A DNA stretch of 64,000 nt from a virus (IMGVR_UViG_3300014208_000001:1-64000), one strand, 5' to 3'; shown: positions 1 through 8,888, counted from the first letter of the stretch. A program made the numbers and translations. The notes: a model not told the origin generated them from the letters alone.

Positions 1-210
1 ACCGTTCTCGTACTTCTGCTGAAGCACACACTTAAGTCCAACGAGTGGATGCACAACCTCCACGGATGACGCTTGCTTTGCCGGTGTCATTTTGAAAGCG
101 TCAAGCACATTGGCGGTGATTTGATCACCGATGGCTTGCGTGAATGCCGCGTCAAACTTCGGAATCGACATCACTGACTCTCCCAACGGAATGTGCGTCT
201 GAATGTTGCG

Positions 211-489
211 TTATTCTTCGATCCAAGAAAACAGCTCGGCACTGCCCTCTGGGGTGCAAGGGGCGTAAACAGCGATCGTGTATTCTCCACCGTCACCCGG
301 TGACCATTGGATACTGTCGACACCCTTAGACACACATTCTTCACGCATGAGCCCATAACATGGTTCAAGCCGATCATCGTTTCTGTACGACTCAGCTTCT
401 GCGTCAAGCAACGCATCCAAACTCTCTGCTTCGACGACAGATTGAATAGGCTCATCTTCGTCACAACGATCAAGTTTCAAAAATCGCAT
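211..489 (-). CDS. hypothetical acidic protein
   Basis: ORF from ATG 489 with GGTGGA upstream; promoter motif at 533-560. Confidence 0.6.
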   Translation of the reverse strand: MRFLKLDRCDEDEPIQSVVEAESLDALLDAEAESYRNDDRLEPCYGLMREECVSKGVDSIQWSPGDGGEYTIAVYAPCTPEGSAELFSWIEE

Positions 490-532
490 TGTTTTTCCAC
501 CATAATGCGTGTCTCGAACTCCACCCACCCCA

Positions 533-560
533 CTATTTCAGGGGTGGGTGGGTCCGTAAA
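533..560 (-). promoter_or_regulatory. conserved phage promoter-like motif
   Basis: TTTACG-N14-TGAAATAG on minus strand; downstream box lies in loop of an 11-bp inverted repeat. Confidence 0.75.
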
Positions 561-566
561 TATGGT

Positions 567-953
567 CTACTTGACTACCGCGACGTTCAGGCGGTTCTCG
601 CTGTACCACTCACTGTTCCACGTGATCGAGCGGGTTTTCAACCGCTTCACCGCTTCGATGAGATCGCGGCAGTCGGCGACCCACCGTTCGTATCCCATGG
701 TCGCCGACACCAACGTGATCGAACCCACAGCTTGGACCTGAGCGAGGAGGCGATCACCGTTGGCCATGCGTTCGAGGCGTTTCGCATTGGGGTCTTGCCA
801 CACGCGGGAGCGAATCTGGCGGTCTTTGGCGACATCAGTCATGCTGAAATGCTGCTGAGTGCGATTCCTCGCAGCAGCTCTCGCATTGGCGGATTGGCGA
901 GCCTTGATTGCTCGCCGCTGTTCGGTCATGGCTTCGGCTGTGATCGGCATCAT
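567..953 (-). CDS. hypothetical protein
   Basis: 128 aa ORF directly below promoter motif 989-1016. Confidence 0.65.
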   Translation of the reverse strand: MMPITAEAMTEQRRAIKARQSANARAAARNRTQQHFSMTDVAKDRQIRSRVWQDPNAKRLERMANGDRLLAQVQAVGSITLVSATMGYERWVADCRDLIEAVKRLKTRSITWNSEWYSENRLNVAVVK

Positions 954-988
954 TCGACCCTCAAAAGAATTGGTTGCCTGACCCCATC

Positions 989-1016
989 CTATTTCAGGTC
1001 AGGCTAATCCGGTAAA
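989..1016 (-). promoter_or_regulatory. conserved phage promoter-like motif
   Basis: TTTACC-N14-TGAAATAG. Confidence 0.75.
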
Positions 1017-1093
1017 TGGGAACCGCCCTATTCCCGGATTTTACGATGGTCTATTCCAAAGCAACATCCTAACGCGAATGCCACAAAATAGGA

Positions 1094-1354
1094 ATGAGCA
1101 CAATGCTGAACCCGAAACAACGCTTTGTAATCCAACATATCACTCGCGAGCAAATCGCAAACGATCTCAACAGTATGCTCCCAACGGCGGTAATCGCTGT
1201 TGATGATGAGCGACTCACCGATGAAGTTTGCCAGCGTTATGCTGACGGATTGAGCGAAATCGACGATTTTGGCGGCGAAGAATTCGTCGTTGAGCAAGAA
1301 GAAGCCTTGCAACAGCAGATACTCAAAGAAGTCTTCGGATTAGACATCCAATGA
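1094..1354 (+). CDS. hypothetical protein
   Basis: first ORF of an ATGA-coupled + strand run. Confidence 0.65.
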   Translation: MSTMLNPKQRFVIQHITREQIANDLNSMLPTAVIAVDDERLTDEVCQRYADGLSEIDDFGGEEFVVEQEEALQQQILKEVFGLDIQ

Positions 1355-1563
1355 CAACAAAATCAGACACCACAATCTTCAAAGAAGCCTGCAACGGGTA
1401 CGGCTTCGTAGAAGTGCCCCAACGTGCTGACGGCATCTACTGCGATGGCTGCTGCGTTGTGCACAAACGCCCAACCAAAATGTACACAAATCGCCAAGGA
1501 GGTAGTGGTAATCTCTGCCGCTATCAAGTAGTGCGATTATACAATCCAGAGGAGCAATTATGA
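1351..1563 (+). CDS. small Cys-containing hypothetical protein
   Basis: ATGA overlaps at both ends; CxxC. Confidence 0.6.
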   Translation: MTTKSDTTIFKEACNGYGFVEVPQRADGIYCDGCCVVHKRPTKMYTNRQGGSGNLCRYQVVRLYNPEEQL

Positions 1564-1784
1564 AACCCGGCGATACCGTCGAAACGCATTTGGGACCAGC
1601 ACGCGTCAAACATGTTAGAGTTGGAGTGGTCGAAACCACCAAAGGTGATTTCATATTCAATGAACTCATCGAAACGCAACTCCAAGACAGCATCGACACT
1701 CTCACTTCGCTCATCGACAGCGAAAACGACGAACTTGCAACACTCCTCACACCAATCAAAAACCTCTTGGAATTAATAGCATGA
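1560..1784 (+). CDS. hypothetical protein
   Basis: GGAG RBS; ATGA overlaps. Confidence 0.6.
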   Translation: MKPGDTVETHLGPARVKHVRVGVVETTKGDFIFNELIETQLQDSIDTLTSLIDSENDELATLLTPIKNLLELIA

Positions 1785-1957
1785 CACCATTACAAATGCG
1801 AATTCTCATGGGGCTCGAGGATACAACGTTGGATAAACATATTCAACGCCTCGAATTCATCAAATCCAAAGCAGACGGTGGTTGCGGATTAGCACCAGGT
1901 GAAGAAGCAACACTTGCTACCCTTTACCAACGATTGGATGAGATTACCGAACCATAA
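1781..1957 (+). CDS. 58 aa hypothetical protein (below ORF-track cutoff)
   Basis: MTPLQMRILMGLEDT...; ATG overlaps the upstream stop. Confidence 0.5.
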   Translation: MTPLQMRILMGLEDTTLDKHIQRLEFIKSKADGGCGLAPGEEATLATLYQRLDEITEP

Positions 1958-2024
1958 TCAACCCCAGTACCTCAGTAATAGGCTATTTCCAAGCAGGAAA
2001 CCTCACATAAGGATCGAGCACACC

Positions 2025-2330
2025 ATGCCACGTTACGAAGAAGAAGAGAGCGGCAGCGAAATCCTCGACTCAGTGATCGACAAACACAAACTCCACCGCT
2101 ACGAAGGCGAAGAAGGAGTCAGAAATTTCTGTCGTATTGTCAGAATGCTCGGCTACACCGACAGCCAGCATTTCGGACAATTCGACCAGCTAGATTCATA
2201 CGGCACCCTTATCACATTCTTGGAGGACAATTCTGGTGCCCTCGAAGCGATGATGGAATGGCTCCGTGATCGACTTGACACACCAGCTTCCAGCGAATGG
2301 GTTGATAACCTCAAAGAAACTCTCACATGA
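2025..2330 (+). CDS. hypothetical protein
   Basis: ORF from ATG 2025, coupled to the phosphoesterase. Confidence 0.6.
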   Translation: MPRYEEEESGSEILDSVIDKHKLHRYEGEEGVRNFCRIVRMLGYTDSQHFGQFDQLDSYGTLITFLEDNSGALEAMMEWLRDRLDTPASSEWVDNLKETLT

Positions 2331-2878
2331 TCATTATTGGCGATGTCCACGGCAAATCGGATCAATACCTCAGGCTCCTAACTGGTGAAAGCCACAGTAT
2401 CCAGTTAGGGGACCTGGGGTTTGACTATACATACCTCCAATCAATACCATTAACACATCGTTTCCTCAAAGGAAATCATGATAATTATTCAATCACCGAC
2501 CCGCATGAATTAGGCGACTTCGGCGTTCACGAAGGGATTTTCTTCGTCCGAGGAGCCGCTTCAATAGACAAACATACCAGAATTTGGGGTGTTGACTGGT
2601 TTGAAGAGGAAGAACTCTCATATACTTCCTTTTTAAAAGCCACTGAATTAATAATTAAAGAGAAACCATCAATAGTAGTATCACACGATTGTCCACAAAT
2701 AGTATGCGAATCTATCTGGGGGTATGAATCATCAGCTACCAGAAATGGATTGGATGCTCTATTTATGGGGCATCAGCCTGATTTGTGGCTGTTTGGTCAT
2801 CACCATAAATCAATAGATACTACTATTAATGGTACTAGGTTTATTTGTTTGGCTGAGTTAGAGTCTTACCATCTTTAA
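2327..2878 (+). CDS. calcineurin-like metallophosphoesterase
   Basis: motifs GDVHG, QLGD, GNHD, SHD, FGHHH. Confidence 0.92.
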   Translation: MIIIGDVHGKSDQYLRLLTGESHSIQLGDLGFDYTYLQSIPLTHRFLKGNHDNYSITDPHELGDFGVHEGIFFVRGAASIDKHTRIWGVDWFEEEELSYTSFLKATELIIKEKPSIVVSHDCPQIVCESIWGYESSATRNGLDALFMGHQPDLWLFGHHHKSIDTTINGTRFICLAELESYHL

Positions 2879-3077
2879 TATATTGAGCGATTTGCTTTGG
2901 TGTTATGTGAAAGTATTTCTTTTCGATTCCTCGTTCAATAGTGGGCCATGATTGCCCTGTTATTGATGAATACTTTGCAACGTGTTTTTCACCTTCTGGT
3001 GATAATATTACTACTCTATATCTACCTATAAAGTATTGCCATATTTTATTGTCGATTGTTATTTTTCGATAATGCAT
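2841..3077 (-). CDS. hypothetical protein
   Basis: 78 aa ORF converging on the phosphoesterase. Confidence 0.55.
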   Translation of the reverse strand: MHYRKITIDNKIWQYFIGRYRVVILSPEGEKHVAKYSSITGQSWPTIERGIEKKYFHITPKQIAQYIKDGKTLTQPNK

Positions 3078-3265
3078 GTGTCATCCGAGGTTCGGCATGT
3101 GTTGATCTTATCTGTGACATTTTTGACAATTTGGTCTACTTTATTGATCGCATCAATGATGATGTCTGCTGCGTCTGCGTCTTCGCAGTCGATTTTCAGC
3201 AGATCTTTAACGAATCTTTCAGATAGGGTTTTTAATTTCGTCAAAGTGTGTTGCTTGGTAACCAT
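3059..3265 (-). CDS. hypothetical protein
   Basis: ORF from ATG 3265; N15 variant of promoter motif at 3306-3334. Confidence 0.5.
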   Translation of the reverse strand: MVTKQHTLTKLKTLSERFVKDLLKIDCEDADAADIIIDAINKVDQIVKNVTDKINTCRTSDDTCIIEK

Positions 3266-3495
3266 TTCCGGGTGCTTTCGAAACGAACTCGGTGACCTCA
3301 CCAATATATTGCAAGTCATCTATATGGCGGTAAAATAGGAGACCCCTTTCTTTATTTTTTGATACTACATATCCTTTGAGTAAGTCTCCAGCAGCATTTT
3401 TATAAATCACTGACCCATGTATCTGCTGCTGTTGGTTTGATGAGAATAAATGTACGACCATGCCGGTCTCGATGGCTTGCGATCGGTGATGGAAT

Positions 3496-3632
3496 TGGAG
3501 GTAGGGAGAATCGAACTCCCGTCCAGAGCGAGTTGCTAATCACCACAAAGTGTTTTGCAAGGGCAGTTTTCTTTGCTGGGCTACCACGCCCGAGGTAATT
3601 ACTAGGCTACTCTGTCGAATCCTGTTACCCCC
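3496..3632 (-). ncRNA. ssrA: miniature tmRNA-like RNA (137 nt)
   Basis: 5' GGGGGUA-ACAGGAUUCGAC; 3' GAC-GGGAG-UUCGAUU-CUCCC-UACCUCC-A; G3.U70 and A discriminator; helix 2 (CAGAG/CUCUG, UAAUUACC/GGUGAUUA). Confidence 0.85.
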
Positions 3633-3661
3633 GATATTTCTTAGTAAAGACATGAGAGTGG

Positions 3662-3973
3662 TTAGCCATGCAAAATCACCTCCTTAATCTCAACACCACT
3701 CTCCTTGAACGCCAAAATAGTCTTCTCGGCATCCTCAAGAGGAACCTCAACTCGCCTCAACACTTGGCACTCATTAATCACCAAACTCAACATCGACAAC
3801 GCATGAGCCGCCGGAGCACTCATCCTCTCAGGAGCTTTCAACCTCTCAAGAAACAACTCATGAGCAACTCGACGATCATCAATTTCTTTCTGAATTTCTT
3901 TCAAACGGCAACACTTCTTATACTTCGCACCACTGCCACAAGAGCACAAAGCATTACGTTGTTGACGCATCAA
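3662..3973 (-). CDS. SEC-C motif protein
   Basis: RNALCSCGSGAKYKKCC. Confidence 0.85.
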   Translation of the reverse strand: MMRQQRNALCSCGSGAKYKKCCRLKEIQKEIDDRRVAHELFLERLKAPERMSAPAAHALSMLSLVINECQVLRRVEVPLEDAEKTILAFKESGVEIKEVILHG

Positions 3974-4121
3974 ACCCTCCTCACAAGTATAGCACCCTGA
4001 TACGATTTATAAGATTTCGCAATTCTCACACGCTGCTGATGCTCATAAAGAGTTTTAACCTCCTTACGATCAACAACAGTGGAGTTAACCGCTCGATGAT
4101 AAATGTGCGAAACCATGATGC

Positions 4122-4355
4122 CTATCGAGTGAGGTTGGCGATATCACGCTCATACGCAACGAGCGTAGCAATCTCGGCGTCAAGAACCGACCCACGATCA
4201 GCGATAATGCCAGCCATATTGGTACAAACAGCACCATAACAGCCAAATCGCGTGCTTTGTAGAGTTTCACTTGCTGCCTGATCGGCTGCCACTTTACATT
4301 TCGCAGCAAGCTTCTTGAAACCACTCACCGCCACATCCAATTGACTCGTCATCAT
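4122..4355 (-). CDS. hypothetical protein
   Basis: GGAGG RBS; promoter motif 4372-4399. Confidence 0.65.
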   Translation of the reverse strand: MMTSQLDVAVSGFKKLAAKCKVAADQAASETLQSTRFGCYGAVCTNMAGIIADRGSVLDAEIATLVAYERDIANLTR

Positions 4356-4371
4356 CGATTTCCTCCAATAA

Positions 4372-4399
4372 ATATTGCAATACCATATTGGCCGGTAAA
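4372..4399 (-). promoter_or_regulatory. conserved phage promoter-like motif
   Basis: TTTACC-N14-TGCAATAT. Confidence 0.7.
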
Positions 4400-4426
4400 A
4401 TAACCCATCTTATTTGAATATAAATT

Positions 4427-4990
4427 ATGCAATATTACAAATGGATACAGTCAAATGAACCGATAATAACCCAAATACCACAATATGTATACACATCATT
4501 AGAAAAAGCATACGAACACGAAGAACCAAATAAAACCCTATACTCATTCGAAGGATTAGATGAAAACATTGTTAAACAAAAATTATTATCATTGCCAAAA
4601 TCAGCTAGCGGTACATTATTATATTTATGGAATGTGGCATTAACTCAAGTAAATGATTTTATAATAACGCAAAGTAAAGGTACTGATTGCGATAGTTGCT
4701 TAGCCAGCGCCACGACGTTAACAGTCTCTGATGGTGGGGTATCACAGAATATGACGTATAATTCTGGGAGTGGTTGTTGGGAGACATCATTCCCAAATAC
4801 ATTATGTGGAGCTACACCGGGATTACCTGAGGAAGAAATTATATGGACATTATGCTGCGTCGATGGAATACCATCGCTTTCAAGCGGATCATCATCGCCG
4901 TTGGTGTCATGGAACTGCGATCCATTTGAAGCTGTCTTTGGGCCAGTCTTCTTCGGTGATTGTTATTTAACAATAACTATTCTTGGATAG
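4427..4990 (+). CDS. hypothetical protein with Cys-rich C-terminal domain
   Basis: 187 aa; Cys/Ser/Gly/Thr-rich C-terminal half. Confidence 0.65.
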   Translation: MQYYKWIQSNEPIITQIPQYVYTSLEKAYEHEEPNKTLYSFEGLDENIVKQKLLSLPKSASGTLLYLWNVALTQVNDFIITQSKGTDCDSCLASATTLTVSDGGVSQNMTYNSGSGCWETSFPNTLCGATPGLPEEEIIWTLCCVDGIPSLSSGSSSPLVSWNCDPFEAVFGPVFFGDCYLTITILG

Positions 4991-5213
4991 TCGCTGACGT
5001 AAGGTGGAATGTTTTACAATTTTCGCACCACCAGAATGGCTGCTCATATTCAACTGTCATACGAGTAATATTACCTCGATGACAGACAACATTATAATGA
5101 TCAACTGACCCACCAACTGAATGCTTGGCTAAATCTGTTAATAAATATCCAATGACAGCTGCTACAATTATAACAATAGTTATTAAGAACCATGATTGCT
5201 GCTGGCGAGCCAT
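4977..5213 (-). CDS. small membrane protein
   Basis: N-terminal hydrophobic helix; C-terminal CxxC. Confidence 0.6.
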   Translation of the reverse strand: MARQQQSWFLITIVIIVAAVIGYLLTDLAKHSVGGSVDHYNVVCHRGNITRMTVEYEQPFWWCENCKTFHLTSATIQE

Positions 5214-5222
5214 TGACTTCCT

Positions 5223-5738
5223 TTATCGGTTATACCAAACGATGTGAGTTGCATCTTTCGGAATCAAGAATAATAGTGACGGTTTGACCTCAATCATTGG
5301 ATCCATCCCACCATCTTTAGCTGGGTGACCATGACCATCGTAATCGATGAATGATTTGTTGATACATGCTGTTTTGAATTCTTCGATGGCCATTACTCGG
5401 CCTATCGTGCCGATTTCGCACGAATAATTACCGTATTCTGGTCTGTCGCTTTCTGTTGCTTCGGTGACGGAGTAGAAGAGTGGACTCAGATTATCATATT
5501 CGACTATTTCGTACCCACCATCTTGAGTTAAGTCGTATTTGCCTTTAGTTCGTGTGACTGGCATAAGGTTGTATTCTTCGCAGAGTGCGTCCAATTTATC
5601 CATGAATTCTGCGGTTCTTTTGAGCCGGCATGCGTTGACTTTTTTGTATGCTGGTTCTGTTTTCATTGATATTAGCATTTCTTCTAACGTGTTAAATGTT
5701 TTGATATTGCCGTTAATGATATCGTTGTCGGCGTCCAT
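5223..5738 (-). CDS. hypothetical protein
   Basis: 171 aa ORF in a coupled minus-strand run. Confidence 0.7.
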   Translation of the reverse strand: MDADNDIINGNIKTFNTLEEMLISMKTEPAYKKVNACRLKRTAEFMDKLDALCEEYNLMPVTRTKGKYDLTQDGGYEIVEYDNLSPLFYSVTEATESDRPEYGNYSCEIGTIGRVMAIEEFKTACINKSFIDYDGHGHPAKDGGMDPMIEVKPSLLFLIPKDATHIVWYNR

Positions 5739-5950
5739 TAGTTGTCTACAATGTGTTTGCGGTAACCGCCGGTTTTGGTTTTGAATTGTGCGAGGTCGTC
5801 GGTGTAAGCGACATCAACTGGTTGTCCGCGTAGAACGAAGTGATTTCGAACGAATTGCTTGGCAGCTTCGCGATTTGGGAATTCGCAGATGCCTTGTTTA
5901 TTTGCTACCACTTTGACTGTGGTTTTGGCTTTGAGTGCGATGTAGATCAT
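5738..5950 (-). CDS. hypothetical protein
   Basis: coupled at both ends. Confidence 0.6.
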   Translation of the reverse strand: MIYIALKAKTTVKVVANKQGICEFPNREAAKQFVRNHFVLRGQPVDVAYTDDLAQFKTKTGGYRKHIVDN

Positions 5951-6213
5951 TTCACACCGAGTGCTTTTTGGAGGCGTTCTGTGAGTGTTCTGTTTGGTCT
6001 GAACAGGGCGTGGACGTCATTGGCTTGTGCGACGACGTCTTCTGGCCCCATTGGGTGATGATTTCTGTTACAGACTCTGATATAGCTGTAAATAGCCCCT
6101 TCTCGGCCTTCTATGGACCACATGGTGGCGAGTTCATCGATCTTCGACGCTACTGCTGTCATTGGGTTTTTCTCTGACAAAGTAGTATCGTTCGCCACCA
6201 TACGGCCCGTCAC
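5947..6213 (-). CDS. hypothetical protein (start uncertain)
   Basis: ORF with ATGA overlap. Confidence 0.55.
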   Translation of the reverse strand: MTGRMVANDTTLSEKNPMTAVASKIDELATMWSIEGREGAIYSYIRVCNRNHHPMGPEDVVAQANDVHALFRPNRTLTERLQKALGVK

Positions 6214-6355
6214 TCTTTCTAATTGCTACTAATAACCATCCTTGGTCACCTAACCAGTTCAAATCATATAATGAGTCAGGATTACCTTTTGAGTGATCCT
6301 TATGATCTTCGCCGGTGTCGAATATTTTGTATTCGTATTTTATGATGTGAGCCAT
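6134..6355 (-). CDS. DUF4177-like small protein
   Basis: KYEYK...LNWLGDQGWLLVAI...YYFVRE pattern; start ATG 6355. Confidence 0.65.
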   Translation of the reverse strand: MAHIIKYEYKIFDTGEDHKDHSKGNPDSLYDLNWLGDQGWLLVAIRKSDGPYGGERYYFVREKPNDSSSVEDR

Positions 6356-6574
6356 ACTATTAATGCTATTTCTAATGTTATTGCTATTGGGTTTAAGAAT
6401 ATGATTGCTAGTAATTGTGTGATGGTGAGTCGTGTTGGTTCTTCTGGAATTAGTTCTTCGATTCCAGTGGTTCCGTCGTAGAAGCTTGACCAGCTTGGCA
6501 TGATTGTGTCCTCTCAACAATAATATTGCTCGAACCATCACAAATGTAAATAAAACAAAGGAGAAAATTCGAAA

Positions 6575-7069
6575 ATGTTACCATACGATGAATTATTCAT
6601 AGAAAATTCACCACAAAGCAGAAGAACAGCAAAACGCAGAATACTACGCGATAAATTAATAAATTATATATGCGACATATGCAATAGTGGGCCATCATGG
6701 AATGATAAAGTATTAGTATTACGACTCGATCATATAAATGGAGTCAATAATGACCATAGATTATGCAATTTACGTTTCGTATGCCCTAATTGCGATAGTC
6801 AATTACCAACTTATGGCGGTAGAAATGTGAAATGGCAAATTAAAATACGAGAATGCTCATATTGTAAAGCAACAATAAGTAGATGGTCAAAAACTGGCAA
6901 ATGCAAAATTTGCGCTAGATCAAAATCAAATAAACCATCATCGGCAGAATTACAAGAATTATTGGCCAAAATGTCAATGGTTCAAATTGGCAAATTGCTT
7001 GGTGTAAGTGATAAAACTATCAGTAAATGGTGCAAAAAATTACCCAACCAAGATTCGAACTTGGACTAG
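6575..7069 (+). CDS. HNH endonuclease with C-terminal HTH
   Basis: CDIC...LDHINGVNNDHRLCNLRFVCPNC; C-terminal QIGKLLGVSDKTISKW; AGGAG RBS. Confidence 0.9.
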   Translation: MLPYDELFIENSPQSRRTAKRRILRDKLINYICDICNSGPSWNDKVLVLRLDHINGVNNDHRLCNLRFVCPNCDSQLPTYGGRNVKWQIKIRECSYCKATISRWSKTGKCKICARSKSNKPSSAELQELLAKMSMVQIGKLLGVSDKTISKWCKKLPNQDSNLD

Positions 7070-7110
7070 GACCTCCAAAGAGCCCTGTGCTACCATTACA
7101 CCATTGAGTA
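7040..7110 (-). tRNA. trnQ: tRNA-Gln(UUG)
   Basis: cloverleaf; anticodon loop CU-UUG-GA; T-loop UUCGAAU. Confidence 0.88.
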
Positions 7111-7114
7111 AAAG

Positions 7115-7186
7115 AGCTACTGGTCGGATTTGAACCGACAACCACCGGATTACAAAACCGGCATTCTACCATTGAACTACAGTAGC
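7115..7186 (-). tRNA. trnT: tRNA-Thr(UGU)
   Basis: GCUACUG/CAGUAGC acceptor; loop UU-UGU-AA. Confidence 0.9.
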
Positions 7187-7190
7187 ATAA

Positions 7191-7274
7191 TACCAGTGGA
7201 GGGACTCGAACCCTCAATCCCTTACGGGCCTTCGATTTTAAGTCGAAGATGTATGCCAATTCCATCACACTGGC
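7191..7274 (-). tRNA. trnL: tRNA-Leu(UAA)
   Basis: long variable arm; loop CU-UAA-AA. Confidence 0.92.
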
Positions 7275-7295
7275 GTTTCTTACACGCAGTATCTA

Positions 7296-7616
7296 CTAAT
7301 CACACTCTTCGTCAGGATCGCTCCAACCATTTACACACACATCGACAAACCGTTCAAGCGTGTCACAATTCAAATCAGTCGCCTGCTCGAGCAAACCATC
7401 AATCAGCTCATCATTGGACATCTGATTGACGCCTTTCACGCCATTCTCGAGCATGTCACGGATCAAATCGATAGCAACTTCAAAATCGATCTGATCGCGA
7501 GTATTCGCCAGCATCAATGAACTGAGGAGCAACTCCTCGAGCACCGCACGCGGTTCAGAATTATCGTACTTGTGCTCGATTGCGTACTGTTCCAACTGTT
7601 CGCGAGTAATCGGCAT
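7296..7616 (-). CDS. hypothetical acidic protein
   Basis: ORF below promoter motif 7654-7681. Confidence 0.7.
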   Translation of the reverse strand: MPITREQLEQYAIEHKYDNSEPRAVLEELLLSSLMLANTRDQIDFEVAIDLIRDMLENGVKGVNQMSNDELIDGLLEQATDLNCDTLERFVDVCVNGWSDPDEECD

Positions 7617-7653
7617 CGCATGAATCCTGTGAGTGGTATTGCCCCGATACTAC

Positions 7654-7681
7654 CTATTTCAAAGGGACCCAAACCGGTAAA
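7654..7681 (-). promoter_or_regulatory. conserved phage promoter-like motif
   Basis: TTTACC-N14-TGAAATAG. Confidence 0.75.
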
Positions 7682-7682
7682 A

Positions 7683-7952
7683 TCACCTCAATTGGTAATC
7701 GAGGTGATTATTGATCTGAGCGGCGATTTCAACAATATTATCAGTCGCATTCACGCATCGCTTACCAAGTTTGGGATAAACAGCATATAACCAAAAGCAA
7801 GTATGGTCACGGTTTGATTCAATAGTATATCGCAATCGATATTTATCATAAACCAACACTCGCGGGAATGATTTGCGAGCATCGTCAACAGCAATACGAT
7901 GATGGATCAACGACCCAAAAGCCATAAGCAAAAGAGAATTTACCGCACGCAT
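7683..7952 (-). CDS. hypothetical protein
   Basis: GGAG RBS; below promoter motif 7990-8017. Confidence 0.55.
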   Translation of the reverse strand: MRAVNSLLLMAFGSLIHHRIAVDDARKSFPRVLVYDKYRLRYTIESNRDHTCFWLYAVYPKLGKRCVNATDNIVEIAAQINNHLDYQLR

Positions 7953-7989
7953 GCTAACTCCAATAATAGTGGTATTGCCCCGATACTAC

Positions 7990-8017
7990 CTATTTCAAAT
8001 GGATCTGGCCCGGTAAA
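7990..8017 (-). promoter_or_regulatory. conserved phage promoter-like motif
   Basis: TTTACC-N14-TGAAATAG, overlapping the HNH 3' end. Confidence 0.75.
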
Positions 8018-8391
8018 ATCCATGGGCTGATTTTATACCACCCTTGCTCATTAGCCTTTTTAATCCTATGACATTTAACACACGAAACTTCGCATTTAGC
8101 GATTTCATTATTTAATACAATAATACCAACGCCATTACGCACCATATTAGAAATTGATTGCTCCTTTTGACCTCTTACATGATCAAATTCAAGCATTAGT
8201 GGATCATTTTCGCCACATACACATGGATGAGATGCCAAATATTCTAAAACTATTCTTTGGTTGCGATATATCGCTCGCTTTTTAGCACTAGCAGCACGTA
8301 CTTTCATCTTTTCTTTATTTGCTGCATAATGCTTAGCCGCCGCAATAGCTTGGTCTTTTTTATTTTTGTAAGCCATCGATGACACCATCAA
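7990..8391 (-). CDS. HNH endonuclease
   Basis: HPCVCGENDPLMLEFDHVRG...CEVSCVKCHRIK. Confidence 0.85.
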   Translation of the reverse strand: MMVSSMAYKNKKDQAIAAAKHYAANKEKMKVRAASAKKRAIYRNQRIVLEYLASHPCVCGENDPLMLEFDHVRGQKEQSISNMVRNGVGIIVLNNEIAKCEVSCVKCHRIKKANEQGWYKISPWILPGQIHLK

Positions 8392-8392
8392 G

Positions 8393-8465
8393 TGGGATGA
8401 ATGGGACTCGAACCCATGACCAACAGATTAAAAGTCTGCTGCTCTACCGACTGAGCTACCATCCC
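8393..8465 (-). tRNA. trnK: tRNA-Lys(UUU)
   Basis: cloverleaf; loop CU-UUU-AA. Confidence 0.93.
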
Positions 8466-8470
8466 ATTAA

Positions 8471-8671
8471 CTAACCAATCGGCCTCCAATAAGCAACATC
8501 ATAATACACATACATATCACCAGCCCACCACATCTTATCCTTAAGAGTCAACTTAGACTCACCACCACTAACAGATTTGACCTCAACCAACACACCATCA
8601 GGCGGCAAACTATCAGGCGTGACCTTGATCCACTTCCACTGACTCATCACAACCCTCATCTTTATCAACAA
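8471..8671 (-). CDS. hypothetical protein (DUF551-like W...P...W pattern)
   Basis: WIKV...LPPDG...VAYWRP. Confidence 0.55.
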   Translation of the reverse strand: MLIKMRVVMSQWKWIKVTPDSLPPDGVLVEVKSVSGGESKLTLKDKMWWAGDMYVYYDVAYWRPIG

Positions 8672-8888
8672 TTACAATCGCCAAATCCAACCAATCAACC
8701 CAAACTTCACCACCAATCACCTCAACAACAGGAGCCTTCGATAACCTCTCAAACGACTCCATATGAAGCTCAATAGCCTTATCCAATTCGCTCTGAGCCC
8801 ATGCTTTCGCTTCAGCGATCCCATCAGCGATCACCGGTCGATACGCTTTCAACGTCTTATCGACAACCATGACCATGATTTGTTTCAT
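8613..8888 (-). CDS. hypothetical protein
   Basis: ORF with AGGA RBS. Confidence 0.6.
   Translation of the reverse strand: MKQIMVMVVDKTLKAYRPVIADGIAEAKAWAQSELDKAIELHMESFERLSKAPVVEVIGGEVWVDWLDLAIVIVDKDEGCDESVEVDQGHA

Larger units (their letters stand above)
7632..7999. repeat. 32-bp direct repeat covering promoter box and leader
   Basis: agtggtattgccccgatactacctatttcaaa identical at 7632-7663 and 7968-7999. Confidence 0.9.

Noticed and set aside
3496-3632. attP-type tmRNA fragment
   Set aside because: Both ends and compensating helix 2 pairings are present rather than a 3' fragment alone, and no integrase is nearby
7020-7429. ORFs 7020-7268 and 7130-7429
   Set aside because: They overlap the three-tRNA cluster
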